A stretch of 61,934 nucleotides of DNA, counting the filler. It is 3 parts of 3 records of this genome, joined end to end, with 100 filler letters (N's around TTAATTAATTAA, not from the genome) between each part and the next. Parts side by side here need not be neighbours in the genome. Positions count along the whole stretch, not along the records: positions 11,712 to 41,614 come from SRR22947725_8622; 2 more parts are not named here. One strand, given 5' to 3'. Each line of letters begins with the position of its first letter. Positions within the stretch are counted from its first letter, which is position 1. The notes beneath the pieces were generated by a model. That model had not been told where the DNA came from, did not search any database, and saw nothing but the letters and a program-made list of their open reading frames with translations. Shown here one piece after another: positions 27,118 to 37,031 of this stretch. A program made the translations under genes and the position numbers.

Positions 27118-28947
27118 ATGTCGATCAATTTATTTATACCTGCCGCTGGTTTAGGTACCAGGCTGCGCCCTCTTACAGAAAAAACTCCTAAGCCTCTTTT
27201 ACCTATTTGCGGTATTCCCCTTATGCAACGGATCATCGAGCAAATAACTCAAGAGTTAGAGATTGATCAAATCGGTGTCAATACCCATTACCTCCCGGAA
27301 ACTGTCAAGCAATGGACGGAATCTGTTACCTTTAAAGACAAGATTCAATTATTCCATGAAGAGGAAATTCTGGGAACTGGCGGGGCCCTCAAAAATGCTT
27401 CTGAACTTCTCGATCAAAAAACTTTTATACTGGCAAATGGCGATGTCCTCATGGATCTTGATTGGCAGGGACTGCTAGACTTTCACCGCCAGTCAGGTAA
27501 TCTCGTCACTTTAGCCGTCCAAGATAGAAAACACGAAAGGCGTGTTGGTGCAAAAGGTCATCAATTGGTGTGTATCGACAAAAGCTGTTCAGACCCTCGA
27601 GTCGACCATTGGTATGGCTACGCTTGTGCTGCCGTTTACGAACCTGAATTTCTCGATATGCTACCAAAAGGCGAGTCACATGTCGTGCCTTACTGGGTAG
27701 AGGCTGCTGCACAAACAGGGAAAGTAGGTGTTTTCGATATTGGTGCCGAAAACTACTGGCTCGATTTAGGAACACCTGAAAGTTTTGCCCAGGCTTCTAT
27801 AGATACCCTCAATGGCGCCAAGCGCTTTTACCGGGAGCCATTAAAAATCCCTCACGACTGCCAGCTAAATAACACGGTAATTATTGAATCCAATACGGAC
27901 ATTCTGCCTAAAGTAGAGCTGGATAATGTCATCATTTTACCCGACTCTAAAATTGAAAAAGGTGCAAAATTAACGAATTGCATTATCGGGCCGGGATTTA
28001 AAAAAGACATTTCATGGCCAGCAGCTGCAGCCTCACAAAAATCACTCAAGCAAATTGGCAATGGTGGGTCTGACCGTATTTATACCCGCGAAAATGATCG
28101 AGTCATCTTGCACTACTCTGCTTTTGAAGAGAATGTCCCACGACAAATAGAATTGACCTCAGCTTTCATTAATGCAGGCGTCAACGTCCCCAAAGTTTAC
28201 GATCATAAAGCCCTTGTCCGAACAGTCACTTTAGAAGATTTAGGAGACAAGACTTTTCGGCAATGGCGTCAGTCCGCAAGCATCGCTGAAGAAGAACTGA
28301 TGATCTCTCATATTTTGCATGAACTCGAAAAATTCCAATTTACTGATCCTACTCTTTGTCCCATGATTAAAGATAAGACTTTCAATAAGGATGTCCTCCT
28401 TTGGGAAACAGCTTATTTCTTGGAGAGATTTGTGCAAAGAGTCTGTGGTATAGAAGAAGACTTCACGAGTCTAAAAGCTGAATTTCGGACTCTTGCTGAA
28501 TCTGTAAATGACTTACCGAAAGCTATAATGCATCGCGATTTTCAGTCAGAAAATATCATGATTAAAAATAACAAACCCTGGTTTATCGATTTTCAGGGAG
28601 CCCATTGGGGAACGCCATTTTATGATCTTGCTTCATTTTTAAAAGACCCTTACACCGGCTTCACTACAGAGTTTCGTAAGTCTTTTGAAACGAGTTATCT
28701 AAATCAACTCGGCAAGAAGCTTTCGATGAATTCTGAAGATTGTAAAAAAGCTTATACTTACTGCGCTATGCAACGTCATATGCAAGCTCTCGGCGCCTAT
28801 GGTTTTCTTGCATTGATTCGCGGCAAGGAGGACTTTCTCCGTCATGCAAAACCAGCGCTATTTTTCCTCGAAGAAGAAGTCAGTTCTTGCCAAGAGGAAT
28901 TTCCTCAATTAAATAAACTTGTCCAAAGAATCAAGGACTGTATTTAG
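27118..28947 (+). CDS. Fused sugar-phosphate nucleotidyltransferase (MurU-like) and anomeric sugar kinase (AmgK-like, APH fold)
   Basis: N-terminal PAAGLGTRLRPLT..PKPL, VNTHYL, EEEILGTGG, WLDLGTP; C-terminal GGSDRIY, HRDFQSENIM, IDFQGA, YDLASFLKDPY, QRHMQALGAYGFL. Confidence 0.82.
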   Translation: MSINLFIPAAGLGTRLRPLTEKTPKPLLPICGIPLMQRIIEQITQELEIDQIGVNTHYLPETVKQWTESVTFKDKIQLFHEEEILGTGGALKNASELLDQKTFILANGDVLMDLDWQGLLDFHRQSGNLVTLAVQDRKHERRVGAKGHQLVCIDKSCSDPRVDHWYGYACAAVYEPEFLDMLPKGESHVVPYWVEAAAQTGKVGVFDIGAENYWLDLGTPESFAQASIDTLNGAKRFYREPLKIPHDCQLNNTVIIESNTDILPKVELDNVIILPDSKIEKGAKLTNCIIGPGFKKDISWPAAAASQKSLKQIGNGGSDRIYTRENDRVILHYSAFEENVPRQIELTSAFINAGVNVPKVYDHKALVRTVTLEDLGDKTFRQWRQSASIAEEELMISHILHELEKFQFTDPTLCPMIKDKTFNKDVLLWETAYFLERFVQRVCGIEEDFTSLKAEFRTLAESVNDLPKAIMHRDFQSENIMIKNNKPWFIDFQGAHWGTPFYDLASFLKDPYTGFTTEFRKSFETSYLNQLGKKLSMNSEDCKKAYTYCAMQRHMQALGAYGFLALIRGKEDFLRHAKPALFFLEEEVSSCQEEFPQLNKLVQRIKDCI

Positions 28948-30390
28948 ATGTCCCCTTACACCACTATTCTACTTATAGCTGTATACTTTGCCGTTCTTAT
29001 CGGCATCAGTAAACTGACTGCTAAGAAAGAAGATAATCAGGCCTTTTTTAAAGCCAATAAAGAAGCGCCTTGGTACTTAGTCGCCTTTGGTATGGTAGGC
29101 GTATCTCTTTCAGGTTTGACGTTTATTTCTGTACCCGGTGCCGTTGAAAGTAAAGGCTTTTCCTACCTGCAAATGGTGATGGGAAATGTTGTCGGTTATT
29201 GGCTGATTATGTGGGTCCTTTTACCGCTTTACTACAAAATGAATCTAACGTCGATTTATTCTTACTTAGGAAGTCGCTATGGGAAACGCTCCCAAAAAAC
29301 CGGCTCATTTTTCTTTCTGATGTCCCGCATCATTGGCGCCTCCTTAAGGCTCTACTTAGTCGCTTTAGTGCTACAACCTTTGGTGTTTGATCCCTTGGGG
29401 GTCCCCTTCGCTGTTACCGCCGCTCTTACCATCCTATTAGTCTGGATTTACACGAAAAAAGGCGGTATCAAAACAGTTATTTGGACCGATACCCTACAGA
29501 CATTTTTTTTACTCGCCGGCATGCTCGTCTTTCTCTATTGGCTTAGTGGTGAACTCAACGGTTTTGGCGCTGCCTTCAATGAGTTATCTCAAAAAAACCT
29601 ATCACAAGTCTTTTTCTGGGAAGCTAATGATGGGCGGCAATTCTTTAGAAGCTTTTTGACCGGTATGTTCATTACACTTGTGATGAATGGTCTCGATCAG
29701 GATATGATGCAAAAAAACTTAACCTGCCGCAGTTTAAAAGATGCCAATAAGAACATGTTTTCTCTTAGTATTATCTTCTTTATTGTCAATTTTCTTTTCT
29801 TAACTCTCGGTGGCTTTCTAACCATTTATGCCCAGCAAAATGGCATCAATGCCAGCGGCGAAGAACTTTTTGGAGCCGTTGCTCAACAAGCGCCAACATT
29901 CTTTTATGTAATGTTCCTCTTAGGGGTGATCGCTGCGGCCTATTCCAGTGCCGACTCTGCGCTGACCTCTCTGACAACTTCTTTTTGTGTCGATTTCTTA
30001 AATATCGAACAACGCTCACCTGAGGAGCAAATTCGCTTGCGCAAGCAAACTCACATCGCCTTCAGCATTATTTTATTTGCCGTCATTTTAGTCTTTGGAG
30101 CACTCAACAATAGAGGTCTTATATTCCTTCTCTTCACTGCGGCAGGTTTCACTTATGGGCCACTTTTGGGGATGTATGCCTTTGGACTTTTTACCAAGAA
30201 AAAGGTCTCCGATTTATTTGTGCCAGTGATCGCCATTCTCTCACCGATTGTGGCGTACATCATCAAAGAAAATTCAGTAACTCTTTTCGGGACTCAGCTT
30301 ACTTTCGAGATCCTATTGATTAATGGAGCGATGACTTTTGCGGCTCTCTACCTCATGAGTAAAGGCGAAACTGAAAGAGAGCATAATTAA
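28948..30390 (+). CDS. Sodium:solute symporter (SSS) family transporter
   Basis: WYLVAFGMVGVSLSGLTFISVPG, GGIKTVIWTDTLQ, GLDQDMMQK, AAAYSSADS. Starts immediately after the upstream stop codon. Confidence 0.92.
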   Translation: MSPYTTILLIAVYFAVLIGISKLTAKKEDNQAFFKANKEAPWYLVAFGMVGVSLSGLTFISVPGAVESKGFSYLQMVMGNVVGYWLIMWVLLPLYYKMNLTSIYSYLGSRYGKRSQKTGSFFFLMSRIIGASLRLYLVALVLQPLVFDPLGVPFAVTAALTILLVWIYTKKGGIKTVIWTDTLQTFFLLAGMLVFLYWLSGELNGFGAAFNELSQKNLSQVFFWEANDGRQFFRSFLTGMFITLVMNGLDQDMMQKNLTCRSLKDANKNMFSLSIIFFIVNFLFLTLGGFLTIYAQQNGINASGEELFGAVAQQAPTFFYVMFLLGVIAAAYSSADSALTSLTTSFCVDFLNIEQRSPEEQIRLRKQTHIAFSIILFAVILVFGALNNRGLIFLLFTAAGFTYGPLLGMYAFGLFTKKKVSDLFVPVIAILSPIVAYIIKENSVTLFGTQLTFEILLINGAMTFAALYLMSKGETEREHN

Positions 30391-30393
30391 AAC

Positions 30394-31935
30394 TCACTCA
30401 AAACCGGATTTGTTGTAGTCCATCAAAGAGCGGATCTGGTTTTCATCGAGAGCACAATTGAAAATATAGACTTCATCGAGAGCACCATTAAAGACCTTGT
30501 GCTTTTCGTTATTTCGAACATGAGCTTGAGCATTTCTACCCATCAGAACTTTTATAGATTTGTTACTTTTAATATCCGTCTTAACATTCAAAATTGACTT
30601 GCGTGAAGCCTGTTCTAATTGGCCATCGACATATAATAAAAGGTGTGTGCTGACATTTGCTTTTTTACCGCCAAACATAACAACTGCGACATGGTGCCAC
30701 TCGCCGTCGCGCAAATCTTGAGAACCAACAATTTGACCATGAAAAATGCCTGCCCGTAAGGCTCCGACAACGCCATCTTTTTCCTGCCAATTCCAGGAAA
30801 CCTGCCAGGTCTTTCCTTTACCGGCATAAGAACCCCAAGCAATCATCGAAACGGCATTTTCTTTAACGGCATCTTTGGGAATCTTAACCCAAAAACTGAC
30901 GGTTCTGGCATGACTCCCCCCAATTCCAGGGAAATCTGTTTCGAGGTAGCCGCCTTGAGCATCAAAATTTAACGCCTTACCAAACTTCCCTTCTACCCAC
31001 TGAGGCTTTGGCCCGTTTTCATATGTTGAGCGAAAATAGGCGTTAAAATTCCTATCGGGTAAGTTCTTACCTTTCTGCGCTACTTCATGCCCCTGCCCCT
31101 CATTGAAGGACCAGTTGATATAACTCGGGCTAACTTTTTCTTTTTCGGGTAATACTCTCATAAAGCGGCCTGCGTCGGCTTTAGCCAAAACTGATTTCTG
31201 AGCCTTAATCACTCGAGCTTGAAACGCTTCTACGACTCCTTTTTTACCGGCTTCGGATGTGGTGACTTTACCGTCTAAAGCATGAATTTCTGTCTGACTA
31301 TTTTCACCAACAGTAAGGCCAAACTCGGCTTTTGAATGGAGGATATCTACTTGCGGTGTCTGAATCTCAAAGCCCGATGACTTAGCAGGGACGGTCGCAA
31401 CTAGTTTTCCTTTTTTAAGAACTATCTTTTTATCAGAAATAATCTCTAACTCTGCCGGACCTTCTAAGATAATCTTTACTCCCTCATCAGTCTGAAGTTC
31501 GCTATAACCAGAGGTCAATTGCAGTTTAGAACTCTTAAGGCTAGCACCAACTTCATAGTTATTTTCGCCTTGCCAAACTGCGCTCACTTCATTAGAGACC
31601 TTATAAGATACAGAGCTTCCCAAAGCACTCACATAAAGCCCGATAATAATAAGTGCTGCCAAAGCGATAATCGCTCCTACGGGAAACTTTACTGGTTCTG
31701 TAGAAGGGACTTCATCTATGATTGGCTCTAAGCCAGAGGGCAAGTCAAGCGAATTGGCCCCAAAATGCCAATCTAGAGCCACATGGGTGTCGATATAACT
31801 TTCGTAATACTCAACTGCAGCTGGGTCACTTTGTAAAATCTCATCTAATTCCCTTTTCTGAGCCTCAGAGAGCTTCTCATCGACTAAAATGATCAAGAGT
31901 TCATCTAAACGTTTCATATTCGGCTTTTCACTCAT
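30394..31935 (-). CDS. FecR-like anti-sigma factor with C-terminal LamG/ConA-like domain
   Basis: One TM helix, FecR pattern (IILEGPA...GFEIQTP), LamG pattern (GKFGKALNF, WHHVAVV, LYVDG, FNGALDEVYIF). ATGA overlap with the sigma gene sets the start at 31935. Confidence 0.85.
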   Translation of the reverse strand: MSEKPNMKRLDELLIILVDEKLSEAQKRELDEILQSDPAAVEYYESYIDTHVALDWHFGANSLDLPSGLEPIIDEVPSTEPVKFPVGAIIALAALIIIGLYVSALGSSVSYKVSNEVSAVWQGENNYEVGASLKSSKLQLTSGYSELQTDEGVKIILEGPAELEIISDKKIVLKKGKLVATVPAKSSGFEIQTPQVDILHSKAEFGLTVGENSQTEIHALDGKVTTSEAGKKGVVEAFQARVIKAQKSVLAKADAGRFMRVLPEKEKVSPSYINWSFNEGQGHEVAQKGKNLPDRNFNAYFRSTYENGPKPQWVEGKFGKALNFDAQGGYLETDFPGIGGSHARTVSFWVKIPKDAVKENAVSMIAWGSYAGKGKTWQVSWNWQEKDGVVGALRAGIFHGQIVGSQDLRDGEWHHVAVVMFGGKKANVSTHLLLYVDGQLEQASRKSILNVKTDIKSNKSIKVLMGRNAQAHVRNNEKHKVFNGALDEVYIFNCALDENQIRSLMDYNKSGFE

Positions 31936-32444
31936 AGCAAATCCATCATCTTCGTGCGCACACAACCGGCTAAAGAAGCGCGAATTTTATGTAAGACTTT
32001 ACTCACGGCATTGACACGCTTACCTTGCTCTTGGGCATAGCTCTGCACAGAAAATTTCCCCGAATAACGCTGCATAATTAATTTTTTATTTTCATCTGAA
32101 AGGCCACTTAGGCATGTTTTAAGGGCTTGCAAGCGCACCGTAAAAACTTCACTTTTTTCTTCTGAAATAGCCAGTGAATCAAGGCATGTGTCACTGAGAA
32201 GGATTCCACTATGAGCTTTTTGGCGAAATGAAAGAATTTGAAAATGGGCAATTCGAAAAGCCCAGGCTATAAAATTTGTGCCTTGTTGAAATTCGCCAGC
32301 CTTACGGCAGATAACCAAATTAGTTTCTTGTAGTATATCTTTTGTTTGGTCTCGATCAGCCGTTCGCTTAAATATAAAGCCATAAAGGCGCGGTTGACTC
32401 TCACTCAAAAGCACGCTGACTTCATCTGGAATTTCATTCGGCAT
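31932..32444 (-). CDS. ECF sigma-70 factor (PVC-type)
   Basis: DILQETNLVI...FQQGTNFIAWAFRIAHFQ...LKTCL. GGAGA RBS precedes the ATG at 32444. Confidence 0.88.
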   Translation of the reverse strand: MPNEIPDEVSVLLSESQPRLYGFIFKRTADRDQTKDILQETNLVICRKAGEFQQGTNFIAWAFRIAHFQILSFRQKAHSGILLSDTCLDSLAISEEKSEVFTVRLQALKTCLSGLSDENKKLIMQRYSGKFSVQSYAQEQGKRVNAVSKVLHKIRASLAGCVRTKMMDLL

Positions 32445-32725
32445 AGTTTCTCCACTCATTCTCTTATTATTAGAGTATATGAACTTTGCCTCAATCTTCC
32501 CTCGATTTAAAGAAAATATATTTTTAAAAAACACGCTTTATTGAATCAAGCCCCTACTTAAGGTGAATATTTCGCTCACAATCGATAATTATTCTGCCTG
32601 TAAGAAGACTTTAAGCTTTTAGAAATGGATAATCTTAAAAGGTCAACTATGGTTTCGAACTCAATTATTTGATATGATAGACAGCAATAATCAGGGGCAC
32701 TACTAAGCTGCAGTATTTGGATATT

Positions 32726-34654
32726 ATGAAACTTTTTTACCTTTCACTTTTAGTAACATTTTCTTTATCAAGCTCATTACAAGCGGCTTTTGAATTTGAT
32801 AAGCTCTTTCAATCCGGCATGGTGATTCAGCAAAATAAACCCATCTTTTTCTTCGGGAAAGAAAGCCAGAAAGACGCAGAAATTGTCATCGCATTTGGCA
32901 ACAAGAAATCCAAAAAGTTTAAGCCCAATGCCGATGGCACCTGGATGGTAGAGTTTAAACCCATTCGCGGTGATAAAGATAAGCGTAAACTTGTCGCCAA
33001 TATAAAGTATAAAGACGCTAAAGCCCAACGTCGAGAACTAAAAGATATTACTATTGGTGATGTTTGGTTAATCGCCGGGCAAAAAAATCTAAAGCTTAAA
33101 ATATCGGGCCTGCCTGCCATCAAAACGTCTCTAAAAGGCATCGACCACTCGAACCTTTTTATGACCTCCATAAAAAATCAGGTAAAAACTGATCCTAGTG
33201 AACAAGTCGAGTACCATCAGGACTTTAAAGGTGGATGGCAAAGAGCCAAGGATGAAGATGCCTTTTATAATCTCAACCCTTTTGCCTACTATTTTGGTCG
33301 CGAACTGGCGGCTAAAACTAAAGGCTTTGTTGGAACAGTCCAGTGTTCCACTCTCGGCCCTATACATTCATGGCTTCCAAATGAAGCCTTAGCTGAACTT
33401 GGTATGAGTAAAAATATAGTGAAAGAAGCTAAAGGTGATCTTAAGTCCACATCTACATCCAGCACCTACAACGGTATGGTCCATTCACTACGCCGCTTGA
33501 ATTTTAGAGGTGTTGTTTGGTTCCATGGTGATCAAGGAGAGTTTAAAGCAGATCAATATGGTCAACGTTTAAGCGCAATGATTAAGAGTTGGCGGCAAAA
33601 GTTTCAAGACCCTTCTTTACCATTCATTTTTGTTCAACCACCTGCAAGTAAGGGCCCTTCTATTGACAAAAGTGGGGAAGTTTTAGCATGGATCCGCGAC
33701 GCTCAGCGAGATATTGATTTAAAGGTTGCTGGCACTGGTTTAGTTATCAGTACGGATACCGGCCTTGATCTCAATACCAAAACCGCTAATCTCGAAGTTT
33801 TAGCACAGAGAGCGGCCCAGTGGGCTCTAAATGTCGACAAAAAAACACGCCCAGTAAATCCTATCAGGAAAAAAATATCCTCTGCTGGAAGTGGAAAATT
33901 CATGCTCGAGTTTAATAAAAATATGATGGCCAAGAGCATCAATTATGAATTCGATAAAACGACTATCGATAAAGACAAACCGACTGGCTTTTCCATGGCA
34001 GGCGTTGATCAGGTTTTTCATCCCGCACAGGCCAAGATTTCTGGCAATAAAATTCTCATCTGGTCTCCTCAAGTCAGCAAACCTCGAGCTATACGTTATG
34101 CTTGGGGAAACCTCCCCAAGGCCAATATTTTTAGTACTGATGGCCTCCCTCTAGTTCCATTTAGAACTGATAGCTTTCTTCCTCCAGCTTTTGATGGTTC
34201 AGTAATGGGTCGCGAAATCTCCATGAAAACAACAACTGGTAGTCCCATGCACATCAATGAAAATTACCCTGGTGTGATAAAAAAAGATATTGCCGAAGGT
34301 AAAGGCCTAGTCATAACTGACTCTGAAGGTAAAGGCGTTAGAAAAATTTTTGCCAAAACATTGACCAGCCAATTCATGAATGCTAAAACCAAAAAAGTTG
34401 AAGTCACCATCGTTTACTTCGATGGCTATAAAGGCAATATCGAAATCTATTGTGATACCAGCTCATATACTTCAAAAAGACCTATACCCAGTGCCAAAAT
34501 AATAATGACTGGTAGTCAAAAGTGGCTCTATTCAACTTTCTCTTTGAGCAATGCTCGTTTTAATAAGCAAATTTATAAAAACGACATCCTCCTAAAATCG
34601 ACAAATTCAGACTTTCTTATTGACGGCGTCTATCTTCGTCCATCGCAAAAATGA
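32726..34654 (+). CDS. Secreted sialate O-acetylesterase (SASA/SGNH)-like protein with degenerate catalytic motifs and a C-terminal beta-rich domain
   Basis: Scaffold motifs GMVIQQ, IGDVWLIAGQ, YNGMVHSL, LPFIFVQ, IRDAQ, AIRYAW, GLPLVPFRTD. Confidence 0.75.
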   Translation: MKLFYLSLLVTFSLSSSLQAAFEFDKLFQSGMVIQQNKPIFFFGKESQKDAEIVIAFGNKKSKKFKPNADGTWMVEFKPIRGDKDKRKLVANIKYKDAKAQRRELKDITIGDVWLIAGQKNLKLKISGLPAIKTSLKGIDHSNLFMTSIKNQVKTDPSEQVEYHQDFKGGWQRAKDEDAFYNLNPFAYYFGRELAAKTKGFVGTVQCSTLGPIHSWLPNEALAELGMSKNIVKEAKGDLKSTSTSSTYNGMVHSLRRLNFRGVVWFHGDQGEFKADQYGQRLSAMIKSWRQKFQDPSLPFIFVQPPASKGPSIDKSGEVLAWIRDAQRDIDLKVAGTGLVISTDTGLDLNTKTANLEVLAQRAAQWALNVDKKTRPVNPIRKKISSAGSGKFMLEFNKNMMAKSINYEFDKTTIDKDKPTGFSMAGVDQVFHPAQAKISGNKILIWSPQVSKPRAIRYAWGNLPKANIFSTDGLPLVPFRTDSFLPPAFDGSVMGREISMKTTTGSPMHINENYPGVIKKDIAEGKGLVITDSEGKGVRKIFAKTLTSQFMNAKTKKVEVTIVYFDGYKGNIEIYCDTSSYTSKRPIPSAKIIMTGSQKWLYSTFSLSNARFNKQIYKNDILLKSTNSDFLIDGVYLRPSQK

Positions 34655-35322
34655 AGCGACTGTTATTCTCTCTATTATTCATCTTGTTGACAAGCCTATC
34701 CTACGCAGATTCACAAAAGAACTACCATCAAGAACCCCTTCAAGGCTGGCATCTCCATATTCACAAAGATTTAAATGCCAATAAGGAACTTAAAAAGCAA
34801 GTTTTAGAAATTCTTTCTATGCAGCTTTTTCGAATCAAACGGGTGTTAAATAAAGATAAGCTCAGTTTTTTTCAAAGTGTGCCTATTTATATCGAGCTTG
34901 ACTTCGGCAAAGGGGCCTGTTACCATCCCAATAAACAATGGCTCAACGATAATGGCTATCCCGAAGAGAAACATAAAACTATCGAGATCTCCAATGCCCA
35001 TCACTTTATCAATTGGACTAGAAGTCAACCCTGGATGATGCTGCACGAACTGGCGCATGCCTACCATCATCAAGTCCTCAAATTCAATCACCAGGCTATC
35101 AAAGCTCTCTTTGAGAAAGCAACAAAAAGTGGGCATTATGAAAAGGTGCTCCATATCAATGGTCAAAAGCAAAAGCACTACGCTTTAAAAGACGCTATGG
35201 AGTATTTTGCCGAAGGTACAGAAGCATACTTCGGCCGCAATGATTTCTTCCCCTTTGTCAAAGCTGAGCTCAAACAGCACGACCCTGAATTATTTAGACT
35301 ACTCCAAAAAATATGGGAATAG
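34651..35322 (+). CDS. Secreted zincin-type metallopeptidase
   Basis: Signal peptide; LHELAHAYH, EYFAEGTEAYF, ELKQHDP. Confidence 0.8.
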   Translation: MKRLLFSLLFILLTSLSYADSQKNYHQEPLQGWHLHIHKDLNANKELKKQVLEILSMQLFRIKRVLNKDKLSFFQSVPIYIELDFGKGACYHPNKQWLNDNGYPEEKHKTIEISNAHHFINWTRSQPWMMLHELAHAYHHQVLKFNHQAIKALFEKATKSGHYEKVLHINGQKQKHYALKDAMEYFAEGTEAYFGRNDFFPFVKAELKQHDPELFRLLQKIWE

Positions 35323-35406
35323 TCATTCTTTAATAAAAAAGCTTGCGGCTATTGCTGTAAAAAGTGTAGAGTATTATACTGGTTTTCTAAATTAAGGTAC
35401 AACTAT

Positions 35407-35841
35407 ATGGCTGAAGAACTCTATGAACTGCTTTACACTAGTAAGGCCACTCACGAGTTAAGCTCTCAAGAGCTCCAGGGAATTCTAGATAAAGCTCAAG
35501 ATAATAATGAAAAGCTCGGAGTTACGGGAATGCTCATTTATTACAAGGATTCTTTTGTACAGATTCTTGAAGGAACCGCCAACTCTTTACAAGAAGTATT
35601 TAGTAAAATTTCTACAGATGGGCGACATACTGAAATAAAAGTTTTTTATGAAGGTCCTATAAAAGAAAAAGCCTTTAAGGACTGGTCCATGAAAGGAAAA
35701 GTCATCAACGACCAAGACCTCAACGACTTATTACCAAGCTGCGACCCTTACCGAGAAAACTTCTCTGTAAATCACGTAATTAACGAAAATCCGAATATCG
35801 GTAAAGAACTCTTTATGCAACTTAATAAGGATATGTATTAA
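35407..35841 (+). CDS. Stand-alone BLUF domain blue-light sensor
   Basis: LLYTS (Tyr), NNEKLGVTGMLIY, FVQILEG (Gln), DGRH, FKDWSM. Confidence 0.92.
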   Translation: MAEELYELLYTSKATHELSSQELQGILDKAQDNNEKLGVTGMLIYYKDSFVQILEGTANSLQEVFSKISTDGRHTEIKVFYEGPIKEKAFKDWSMKGKVINDQDLNDLLPSCDPYRENFSVNHVINENPNIGKELFMQLNKDMY

Positions 35842-35847
35842 GAGAAT

Positions 35848-36111
35848 TTACTTGGCAATTTCGGCATTAGCCGTTTCACTCTTATTGGCAATAAGCTGAC
35901 TCTGCTTTTCTGCTTTCTTTTTAGCCTCGAATTTCTTAAGAAGCTTTGGATTCTTAGAGAGAAACTCTTCGCGGTCACTCTGTGTAATGGGATCAGAAGA
36001 GTATTCATCATCTACAGAATGATCAATAATTTGGCTAGCAATTAAACCCAAAATGAGTAAAGCAGAACCGACAATTTCTAACTTATACTGACTTTCTAAA
36101 AAATTTTTCAT
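35848..36111 (-). CDS. Hypothetical small membrane-anchored protein
   Basis: 87-aa ORF with one hydrophobic segment; fills the gap between BLUF and YfiR. Confidence 0.55.
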   Translation of the reverse strand: MKNFLESQYKLEIVGSALLILGLIASQIIDHSVDDEYSSDPITQSDREEFLSKNPKLLKKFEAKKKAEKQSQLIANKSETANAEIAK

Positions 36112-36268
36112 TATGTGCCCAATTTTTTAGCCCCAAACTATCCAAAAAAAGCTTCTTGTCAAGTACTCATAAAGTTTTTATTAGTAAGCTTTTAAAGAGT
36201 AACAAATGAGTCAGTATGAGAGAAATGCCGTAGAGTATAAATCTAAATACTAATTTTTATTAAATCTA

Positions 36269-36769
36269 TTAAACTTTTTCAGCTAGTTTTAAAATAACTG
36301 GATTCCACTTAATATTGATTTCTTTAGTACCTACTGTGCCTAATAAGATTTTAGGCTTACCGCTTGCTAATTTAAGTCCAAGAGTCGCGCCACCTTTAAC
36401 AAAACCAGGATTACCAGTAATTGTCATAACGCCATTTTCCTTACAATAAGCCAGAACTTCTGCCAAGTTACCAATACTCTTGTCAATATAAATCACACTC
36501 GGCTTTGAACCTGGAAGCGCTGTTCCACCTGTAACTGACTTAATGACACCACCGCCGGACTTCTTGCCAATGGCTTTACTAAATGAGGCTTTCATCTCAT
36601 CTGAGCCCATAACATAAATAGAGATATCACCAGATAAATTTTTATTAAAGCCAATTACTTTAGCAAAAATCGCCGCCTGCATCTTATAAGATACATCTGC
36701 TGCAGAAGCTTCCATAAAAGTTAACATTGATAAAGCTATAACTATTCTTTTAATCATTTTCTTATTCAT
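36269..36769 (-). CDS. YfiR/HmsC (DUF4154)-like secreted protein
   Basis: Signal peptide; QAAIFAKVIGF...VMTITG...GATLGL...ILKLA pattern; AGGA RBS before 36769. Confidence 0.7.
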   Translation of the reverse strand: MNKKMIKRIVIALSMLTFMEASAADVSYKMQAAIFAKVIGFNKNLSGDISIYVMGSDEMKASFSKAIGKKSGGGVIKSVTGGTALPGSKPSVIYIDKSIGNLAEVLAYCKENGVMTITGNPGFVKGGATLGLKLASGKPKILLGTVGTKEINIKWNPVILKLAEKV

Positions 36770-37031
36770 CGTACTGTTCCTGTTTTGTTGTTCCAACCCT
36801 TTGATAATTCACTTACCAAATCTGTTGCGAACTATATAGAAACATTAGATCCAAACAAAATAAATATTTCCTAAGTTATTTATATAGAGTGCCTTAAACT
36901 AAAATAAACATTTTAATAATACGCCTATAGTGTTAACTAATCTTAACAGCTAACCTTAGCTAGAAGACAATGGGGCACTAAGGTCACAAAAGGAATGAAA
37001 GATGAGTCCCTCTCACACTATCGGAAATCAA

